NCBI GenBank assembly: GCA_919901555.1
Contig: CAKKPG010000082.1
Location: forward strand, 4,693-68,692
From: Nitrospiria bacterium
Lineage (GTDB): Bacteria > Nitrospirota > UBA9217
DNA length: 64,000 bases
Direction: 5' to 3'
Shown here one piece after another: positions 1 to 7,042 of the stretch (its first letter is position 1; every line of letters begins with the position of its first letter). Both the position numbers and the translations under genes were made by a program. The notes under the pieces are model-generated. The model saw only the letters and a list, made by a program, of their open reading frames with translations, was not told the origin of the DNA and searched no databases.

Positions 1-650
1 GGATAAAGCGAGACGGCCGCGGAGAAAGAAAAATTCTCATCGAGAGGCCGCTCATGTAGCGCACTGACCTTTAAAGCGTTCCAGTAAAAGTCATAGGTAG
101 AATTGAGGCCGGAAATGGGGCTATACACGGGGACGGTCTGGACGCCATTCGTAATAGTCAATCTGTCCTCGTAATGGAGAAACCCGACGCCGATTCCCCA
201 TGGAGCTTTCTGGTTTCTCTCCACTCGTTCCCAGTGAGCGAGGTTGATTTCCAGAAAGCGTACATCACCGGAAATGTCCTGTGTAGATACGGACCATACG
301 TCAACTAACGTAGGAAAAATGTCGCGGTCCGTATCTGTTCCACGGCCCCCGCTGATCGATCCGAAGCCGACAGAGGCATCGAATGACCATTCAGAATCCA
401 GGTTTCCGCCGCCTCGTAAGACGGTAATCGGGCTGTCAATGTGCTTAAAATTGAGTTCCGACTCGGTTCTTCCGCCGGTGATTGGAAACGATATCTGCCA
501 ACTCGCTTCGCCGGACGTAAACCATTCCTGAAAACCGAAGGACCGGTCAGGCTCATACGCGCCGTACTGACTTACGGCATGAGTGGTGAAAGGATGCAAG
601 AGAAAGAGGGAGACTGAAAAGATGACGAAAGAGAACCTGGAAACTTTCAT
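1..650 (-). CDS. Partial CDS (N-terminal ~216 aa; C-terminus beyond window start): secreted/outer-membrane protein of unknown function
   Basis: Minus-strand frame is open from ATG (complement of 648-650) to position 1 with no stop; N-terminus MKVSRFSFVIFSVSLFLLHPFTTHA is a typical signal peptide; Gly/Ser/Thr/aromatic-rich composition; absent from ORF track because no stop falls inside the window. Confidence 0.45.
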   Translation of the reverse strand, partial: MKVSRFSFVIFSVSLFLLHPFTTHAVSQYGAYEPDRSFGFQEWFTSGEASWQISFPITGGRTESELNFKHIDSPITVLRGGGNLDSEWSFDASVGFGSISGGRGTDTDRDIFPTLVDVWSVSTQDISGDVRFLEINLAHWERVERNQKAPWGIGVGFLHYEDRLTITNGVQTVPVYSPISGLNSTYDFYWNALKVSALHERPLDENFSFSAAVSLY

Positions 651-735
651 GGAAACCTCGATAAATGCAGATAGCCGGGATGATGCCCGGCTACCTGAAG
701 GTAAAATTTCTTTTTATTGTACACTATGGGTTACG

Positions 736-1959
736 TTAAAATCTCAGCGCCAGGCTTGCCGACGCCTGCCCTTCTTTTTCGTCGAAATCATAGGCGCCGG
801 CAATGTCCACCCGCAGGATGAACGCTCTGATGCCGAAGCCGGCGGTGTAAACCATGTTCGAATTCGAGTCCGCAAGGTTCTTATACATGCCGCCGCGGAT
901 GCTGAAGATTTCCTTCGGCAGGGTGAATTCAACGCCCGCCGCCAGGGTCTGGTCTTCATACAATTCCGTCAGGGATTTATTCTTGGATAAATCATAGTCT
1001 GCGGAGAGCGTCAGCCTTTCGAAGGGTTTCCAGGCAATGCCGGCCCTGTACTGGGGCTTCAGCTCTATTTCTCCAGACAGGAAGACTTCGGTCACTGCCG
1101 CGCCAGTGTCGACGGCAAAGAGGCCCTGGATCGGAAACGATGGGGAATTGAGATACCGACCGACGAGTCCCAGGTTGAGGCTTTTCATCGGCTTGAACAG
1201 AATTCCCGCGTCTATAGACCCCTTGCTGCTCCGGGTTTCGCTGGCGTCGAGATTGTCGATGAAGGTGCTGAAGTCGCCTGTGGTAATAGACTGAGAATGG
1301 ACGAAGGTGCTGGCCTGGATCATCTTGGCGTTTGCGCCGATGAAAAACTGCTCTCCGATTGCCGTGGAGAAGGTCACTGCAGGCTCGGCGGCCGCGATGC
1401 CGATCCCCGTGATTTCCGTATTGTTATTGGTAATAGAATCGGGAGGCAGCAGGATGCTTGTGTTCGTGTTATAAGTGTCCACCATGGGATAGAGCTCGGC
1501 GTAGGCGATCCCGAGCGCGCTCACGGCAATAGTAGAGCGCCCGAAGGGAATCGACACGAGCACTCCTGCCGACGCGTCGATATCGGTAGTTGAATTCGGT
1601 TTGTCGAGGTCGAGAATAAGCTGTCGGAGCTCAGTAAGTGCCGTCGAATCTCCTGTCTGGGCGAGGGCATAGATGGCATTGATCCTGTCCCAGGTATTGC
1701 TCAGGTCCATATGGTCTCTGATCGCCGCGCTTACCGGTAGCCGTATTTCAAACTTCTTGAAGTCCGCAAGGGCCGCCGGGTTCCAGTAGACGGCCGTGGA
1801 GTCATTGACCGCTGCGACGGACGCGCCGCCCATGCCGAGGGCGCGCGGGCCTACGATGGAGAATTGCGTGGCATGTGACAGGGCCGGGGCCAATAAAAAT
1901 ACGATAGCTAAGATTACAAAACAAAACCTTTTCATATACTTACCCTCCTTGGTTTCCAA
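736..1959 (-). CDS. Outer-membrane beta-barrel transport protein, FadL/TodX/OmpP1-like (407 aa)
   Basis: Signal peptide MKRFCFVILAIVFLLAPALSHA; N-terminal GPRALGMGGASVAAVNDSTAVYWNPAAL resembles the conserved FadL-family N-terminal hatch region with NPA motif; C-terminal Phe typical of OM barrels. Confidence 0.5.
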   Translation of the reverse strand: METKEGKYMKRFCFVILAIVFLLAPALSHATQFSIVGPRALGMGGASVAAVNDSTAVYWNPAALADFKKFEIRLPVSAAIRDHMDLSNTWDRINAIYALAQTGDSTALTELRQLILDLDKPNSTTDIDASAGVLVSIPFGRSTIAVSALGIAYAELYPMVDTYNTNTSILLPPDSITNNNTEITGIGIAAAEPAVTFSTAIGEQFFIGANAKMIQASTFVHSQSITTGDFSTFIDNLDASETRSSKGSIDAGILFKPMKSLNLGLVGRYLNSPSFPIQGLFAVDTGAAVTEVFLSGEIELKPQYRAGIAWKPFERLTLSADYDLSKNKSLTELYEDQTLAAGVEFTLPKEIFSIRGGMYKNLADSNSNMVYTAGFGIRAFILRVDIAGAYDFDEKEGQASASLALRF

Positions 1960-2361
1960 ACTACGTGACTACAAGAATAGCATGATGATACGGTTTGTCA
2001 AGCATTTGTAATACATAATTGTGAGATGAAGAGGTGAAAATTCACCTCCTGGATGCCTGTTCTCAGATGGCGTTCCTGGCCCCGAAGGATGCAGCCGCAA
2101 ACTTTCAGTTTGCGCAAAGTCTGCTGAATCAAACAGGATCAAGCGCAGGCTGAAGCCTGCGGCTGCCGGACATGTGAAGAAATAGCGTTTGACAATCCGC
2201 CGGTGAAACAATAGAATATCGGCACCATTCAATTCTTTGCAACCTCTGCGCTCTACGGTAAAAAGATTCTCTATGAATCGTCCATGAGTTGCGCTCACAA
2301 AGGGGAATGAAAATTGATATTTATTCGGCTACCTGACCATCACCCTCCCCAACCCAATACA

Positions 2362-2483
2362 ACTCCCCTCACCCCTACCCCTCTCCCCCAGTGGGAGAGG
2401 GAAAAAGGGAGAGGGGGCTTATCATTGGAGGGGCTACGACGTACTCCCTCTCCCCTCCGAGGGAGAGGGCTGGGGTGAGGGGG
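2362..2483. repeat. GC-rich REP-like compound palindromic element, copy A (second copy at 29331-29400)
   Basis: tcccctcacccctacccctctcccccagtgggagagggaaaaagggagagggggct followed by a second inverted arm ccctctcccctccgagggagagggctggggtgaggggga; ~60 bp core repeated near-identically at 29331-29400. Confidence 0.7.
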
Positions 2484-2491
2484 ATTTTCAG

Positions 2492-3865
2492 ATGAAAGCA
2501 TCAAAAGCCAAAACCGTCTACGTCTGCCAGTCCTGCGGCACCCAGTCGCCCCGGTGGATGGGGAAATGCCCGGACTGCGGCCAGTGGAACACCATGGTCG
2601 AGGAGCGGGTCGAGAAGCCCCGGGAGATCGGGAGCGCAAAGCGCCACGACGGTGCGGAGCCGCTCTTGCTGGGCGACATCAAGGCGGGCGAGGAAGATCG
2701 CTTTGTGACAAAGATCGGGGAGCTTGACCGCGTTCTGGGCGGCGGCATCGTGCCTGGCTCGGTGGTGCTTGTCGGCGGCGACCCGGGCATCGGCAAATCC
2801 ACCCTCGTGCTCCAGATGCTCCGGCAGGTGTCGGAACTCCGGGGAAAGGCCCTTTACGTTTCCGGCGAGGAATCGCCCTCCCAGATCAAGATGCGGGCCC
2901 AGCGGCTCGGTGTGAAAGCGGAGAACCTTTACGTTCTTGCCGAGACGTCCCTCGACGAGATCCTGCGCGCTGCCGACGAGCTCCAGCCCCAGGCAATTGT
3001 CGTTGATTCGGTGCAGACCGTTTATACTTCGGAACTTCCATCGGCGCCGGGCAGCGTGGGACAGGTGCGCGAGGTCTCAGGCAGGCTCATGCTCCATGCC
3101 AAGCGCACGGGCATTCCCACGTTCCTCATCGGCCACGTGACCAAGGACGGCGCCATTGCCGGACCGCGCGTGCTCGAACACATCGTGGACACGGTGCTCT
3201 ACTTCGAAGGGGACCGGGGCCACGCGTTTCGCATACTCCGCGCCGTCAAAAACCGCTTCGGTTCCACGAACGAGATCGGCGTGTTCGAGATGAAAGAATC
3301 CGGCCTCGCGGAAGTCGCCAACCCGTCGGAGATGTTCCTGGCCGAGAGGCCGAAGGACGCCACGGGCTCGGTGGTGGTTTCGTCCCTCGAAGGCTCGCGC
3401 CCCATCCTGGCGGAACTCCAGGCCCTCGTTGCGTCGTCCAAGCTCGCCATGCCGCGCAGGACCTGCATCGGCGTGGACTATAACCGCGTGTCGCTCCTCA
3501 TCGCGGTGCTCGAAAAGCGCGTGGGCATGCACCTCATGGGCATGGACGTGTTCGTGAACGTGGTAGGGGGGCTCAAGATCGACGAGCCTGCCGTGGACCT
3601 CGGCGTGATCGCGGCCGTGGCGTCGAGCTTCCGCGAAAAGCCCATTCCTCCGGACATGGTGGTGATGGGCGAAGTGGGCCTTGCGGGCGAAGTGCGCGCC
3701 ATCAGCCAGGCAGAGGCCCGGCTCAAAGACGCGGCAAAGCTCGGGTTCACCCGCTGCATCCTGCCGGCGGTGAACGTAGAGAAGATAGAGAAGTCCGCTG
3801 CGCTCAAGAAGATGGAACTTCTCGGCGTGCGGACCGTGGAAGAGGCGATGGAGAGGTTGTTTTGA
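2492..3865 (+). CDS. radA: DNA repair protein RadA/Sms
   Basis: N-terminal C4 zinc finger CQSCGTQSPRWMGKCPDCGQW, Walker A GGDPGIGKST, KNRFG motif, C-terminal Lon-protease-like domain; 457 aa. Confidence 0.95.
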   Translation: MKASKAKTVYVCQSCGTQSPRWMGKCPDCGQWNTMVEERVEKPREIGSAKRHDGAEPLLLGDIKAGEEDRFVTKIGELDRVLGGGIVPGSVVLVGGDPGIGKSTLVLQMLRQVSELRGKALYVSGEESPSQIKMRAQRLGVKAENLYVLAETSLDEILRAADELQPQAIVVDSVQTVYTSELPSAPGSVGQVREVSGRLMLHAKRTGIPTFLIGHVTKDGAIAGPRVLEHIVDTVLYFEGDRGHAFRILRAVKNRFGSTNEIGVFEMKESGLAEVANPSEMFLAERPKDATGSVVVSSLEGSRPILAELQALVASSKLAMPRRTCIGVDYNRVSLLIAVLEKRVGMHLMGMDVFVNVVGGLKIDEPAVDLGVIAAVASSFREKPIPPDMVVMGEVGLAGEVRAISQAEARLKDAAKLGFTRCILPAVNVEKIEKSAALKKMELLGVRTVEEAMERLF

Positions 3866-3881
3866 GTCAAACCTCTTTCTG

Positions 3882-3909
3882 CGTCATTCCCGCGAAAGCG
3901 GGAATCCAG
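3882..3909. repeat. Left terminal inverted repeat (28 bp, itself a GAAA-looped hairpin) flanking GIY-YIG gene
   Basis: cgtcattcccgcgaaagcgggaatccag; exact reverse complement occurs at 4210-4237. Confidence 0.8.
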
Positions 3910-3917
3910 AAAATCAT

Positions 3918-4235
3918 ATGAAACAATTCTATGTCTACATTTTATGCAGCAATCGGAATGGAACATTATATGCGGGAGTGACATCGGACCTACTCAAACG
4001 TGTATATGAACATAAGAACGATCTCGTTGCTGGTTTCACAAAAAAGTACGGTGTTCATCGGCTTGCATGGTATGAGGTGCATGCAGCAGCGGACACTGCA
4101 ATTACGAGAGAAAAGCAAATTAAGAAATGGAATAGGCAATGGAAGTTGGAACTAATCGAGCAGAACAATCCGGATTGGAAAGACTTATACGATGATCTGA
4201 TAAATGCCGCTGGATTCCCGCTTTCGCGGGAATGA
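3918..4235 (+). CDS. GIY-YIG nuclease family protein (105 aa, UPF0213/COG2827-like)
   Basis: N-terminal FYVYILCSNRNGTLYAGVTSDLLKRVYEH matches the GIY-YIG motif (YVY....G.LY.G); small standalone domain protein. Confidence 0.85.
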   Translation: MKQFYVYILCSNRNGTLYAGVTSDLLKRVYEHKNDLVAGFTKKYGVHRLAWYEVHAAADTAITREKQIKKWNRQWKLELIEQNNPDWKDLYDDLINAAGFPLSRE

Positions 4236-4237
4236 CG
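4210..4237. repeat. Right terminal inverted repeat (28 bp) flanking GIY-YIG gene
   Basis: ctggattcccgctttcgcgggaatgacg = perfect reverse complement of 3882-3909. Confidence 0.8.
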
Positions 4238-4274
4238 GTTTATATATTAAGTATACGCATCATACAATTTTCCT

Positions 4275-6212
4275 ATGGCTATCGGCAAACTCTGGAATTG
4301 GTTCGGAAACAGGCGCGGGATGAGCATTCTCCTTGGACAGCTCGTCCTTCTGCTCCTGTTCATCTATTTCTACACCGGCTATCAGTCGAGCGACCGCTGC
4401 GTCCGGTGCCACGCGGATAAAGATCGCATGACGAAGCTGGGCTATCCGCAATTCGTCATGACCGCCGAACAGGTGCAGAAAGAGGCTCGCCACCCGAACA
4501 CCGAGTGCCGCGACTGCCATCTCGGGAACGGCCTGTCCGACAAGCCCGATGCCGCGCACAAGGGCATGCTCAAGCTCCTGGTGCTGGACAATAATTTCGA
4601 CGTCATGCCCCGCAGGGGCGCGGTGAAGCAGCTGCTTCCGTCCGGCAACGACCGCCAGCGGGCAATGCTCCCCAGGCTTCCCGATGGATCGCTTAATGAT
4701 GACGTGGGGACCCTCCTGTACCACGACCGCGATCCCGACACTTACGGATACGATCCTCGCCTCGCAGAGAAGACCTGCGGCAAGTCCGCCTGCCATCCGA
4801 ACGAAGTGAAACAGTTCAGTACGAGCGTCATGGGCGCGAATTTCCGCCAGCGCGCCATGCGGACCTGGAACGACATCCACGGCCCGAACAATTGTGGACC
4901 GTCATTCGCTGACACCCCGCCTGCGCGCAGGGCAAAAGGAAACAGCTTCTCGTTCGAAAACACCGCAAAGATCAACGAGGAGATCAACACCGCCTTCACA
5001 CGCGATCAGGCTGTCGCGAAACAGAAGGCGTGCAACATCTGTCATACCGGTTGTCTTGATTGTCATTACACCCCCTCGCGGGAGCGCGGCAGTCATGCCA
5101 TGAGCCGCATACCGCCCGCAACGAACTGCGCGGGCGGAGGCCGGAGCACGTTCGTGTGCCATGCGGGGACGATGGAAAGAAGAAGGGGCGACAGCTATCT
5201 CGGCAGGGAATTCTCCGAGCCGGCCGGATTGCCCGAGGACGTGCACGTAAAAGAGAAGCTCGAATGCGTTGACTGCCACCAGACCGGCCCCGGCGGCATG
5301 GGACACCTCGAACGAAGGGCCACGTGCCAGGACTGTCACCTCGAAGCGGAGCAGGCCATGGCCGCAAGCGTTCACGCGAAGGTTGCCTGCGAGGCATGTC
5401 ATGTGAAGATTCTCGGCGGGTACGAGATGACCTCGTGGGGGCCTGGCATGATCTCGTCCAAGCCGAATCCGTTCAAAAAGTACTCACTCTATTACGGCCC
5501 CATGGAACCCCCCATTCTGATCAAAGACCAAAAGGGCATCTGGATCCCCACGAAGATCTGGCCCAACAGCTCTCCGAATATAAAGAATCCCATCGCACCC
5601 AAACCCGGGCTCACCTTCCGCTGGCCCGAGGGAGAAACGCGGGATGCCTATGTTCAACTCGGGACCTTCAGCTTCCCCGGCGGGAATAATCTGTACCTCG
5701 CCTGGCTCCAGGTGGAGCAGGTGGCCCATCCGCTGGGCAAATCCCGCACCTGCGGAAGCTGCCACGATTCAACGACCCAGACCGCGAAGGCGTCGTGGAG
5801 TTTCTTTGATGCCCAGGGCGCGGAGCCTTTTACCGGCGGCCAGAGGGTCATTGCGGACAAAAACGGCCTTCGCGTGAAAGATATCAAGGCGACCTCGGAG
5901 ATCGTTCTCATGCCGGGGGGCAAGACCGCGGACTTCGCCGCATGGCTCCATCTCGGGGACATCTGGAAAACGAGCGGAGATTTCTCGATTCCGAAATCCG
6001 ATCCTGTGAAGTATCGTAAGTTGGATCAGGGCATCCGAGATGCCCTGGCGCGTCTTGAGGGGATTGATAAGAAGATCAAGGCGCGGGAGGCGAAGGGAGA
6101 GGATGTCAAAAAGCTGAGGCGACGATGGAGAGAAGCAAAAGCCGCGGCCGTGCATGATTCGGGAAGTGCGGGACAGATGATAGCGGACGTTTCCAGGCCT
6201 GTACAGCGATGA
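4275..6212 (+). CDS. Membrane-anchored multiheme c-type cytochrome (645 aa, 8 CxxCH motifs)
   Basis: N-terminal hydrophobic anchor ILLGQLVLLLLFIYFY; heme-binding motifs CVRCH, CRDCH, CNICH, CLDCH, CVDCH, CQDCH, CEACH, CGSCH; C-terminal Lys/Arg/Glu-rich coiled-coil tail. Confidence 0.8.
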   Translation: MAIGKLWNWFGNRRGMSILLGQLVLLLLFIYFYTGYQSSDRCVRCHADKDRMTKLGYPQFVMTAEQVQKEARHPNTECRDCHLGNGLSDKPDAAHKGMLKLLVLDNNFDVMPRRGAVKQLLPSGNDRQRAMLPRLPDGSLNDDVGTLLYHDRDPDTYGYDPRLAEKTCGKSACHPNEVKQFSTSVMGANFRQRAMRTWNDIHGPNNCGPSFADTPPARRAKGNSFSFENTAKINEEINTAFTRDQAVAKQKACNICHTGCLDCHYTPSRERGSHAMSRIPPATNCAGGGRSTFVCHAGTMERRRGDSYLGREFSEPAGLPEDVHVKEKLECVDCHQTGPGGMGHLERRATCQDCHLEAEQAMAASVHAKVACEACHVKILGGYEMTSWGPGMISSKPNPFKKYSLYYGPMEPPILIKDQKGIWIPTKIWPNSSPNIKNPIAPKPGLTFRWPEGETRDAYVQLGTFSFPGGNNLYLAWLQVEQVAHPLGKSRTCGSCHDSTTQTAKASWSFFDAQGAEPFTGGQRVIADKNGLRVKDIKATSEIVLMPGGKTADFAAWLHLGDIWKTSGDFSIPKSDPVKYRKLDQGIRDALARLEGIDKKIKAREAKGEDVKKLRRRWREAKAAAVHDSGSAGQMIADVSRPVQR

Positions 6213-6761
6213 AAATCCATATCGGCTTTTAAGGAAATGACAGTTGGCGATGATGTCCGGATAAGGTAACAGTACTAAGCAGGCAATAACTCCCGGCAAT
6301 AAATGATGAAGTCGTAAAAACTAAAAATCCACCGCTGAGGCGCTGAGACGCTGAGAAGAACGTATTGAAATTTAGGAGCTTTTCTCCGTGCCTCCGCGTC
6401 TCTGCGGTTAAAAAAATGACTTTTTACGAGACCATCATAAATAGTTTCAACTAAAATCTCACTTCGTCTTCCGGGTATGGTATAATAAAAAACAAGTATC
6501 TTCACTTTGCAACAATGTGAATGTGCTCCTTTCTGAGGGTGAATTTTGCTCGATACAATATTCTATATTCTATACCTTCAGAAGGAGCGCTCTTTTCGAG
6601 GCTTTTCGCTTTTCTGCTTTTCTTGCGCTCTTCAAAAATATTTTCAGTAGTCAGCGCATTACCTTTGCGTAATTCGGGATTAAGTATTAAGAGATCCATT
6701 ATTTAAGTAAGTAATTGTAACCGCTCAGGTCAAAAAAGACGAAAGAAAAGCTTCTCGCCAA

Positions 6762-6818
6762 AGACGCAAAGTACGCAAAGGTTTTTTAAAGACTATATTT
6801 CCTTTGCGCCTTTGCGTG
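6762..6818. repeat. Imperfect 19-bp-arm inverted repeat built from CGCAAAG/CTTTGCG units inside an AT-rich gap
   Basis: gacgcaaagtacgcaaagg ... cctttgcgcctttgcgtg (17/19 complementary); a further ctttgcg copy lies at 6663-6669. Confidence 0.5.
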
Positions 6819-7042
6819 AATAGTTCCTCTTTTTTAGGTCCTGAGTAGTTACAAGTAATTAATGATAAACGCGGCGGCAGACACCGGCCCGCACATTATG
6901 AGCCCGGTTTGCCCCGCGAGCCGAGTCAAACAAGACAGGCCGCCAGGGCTTGGCGCATTTTACAGTTTTAAGTCCAGTGGGCGTCTGTTAGGCTGGTGCC
7001 GCATATCCATCCATAACATGTCGCCAGACAGGAGGAGAGAAG

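Noticed and set aside
583-990. 135-aa + ORF and 244-531 + ORF
   Set aside because: They overlap the minus-strand outer-membrane protein genes, which have proper signal peptides; no RBS or family signal
2340-2639. 99-aa minus ORF (PSPLPRRGEGV...) and 29114-29455 minus ORF
   Set aside because: Artefacts of translating the GC-rich REP-like palindromes and the opposite strand of radA and rpsG
4600-4830. CGKSACH as a ninth heme site
   Set aside because: Cx4CH is non-canonical; counted only as a possibility
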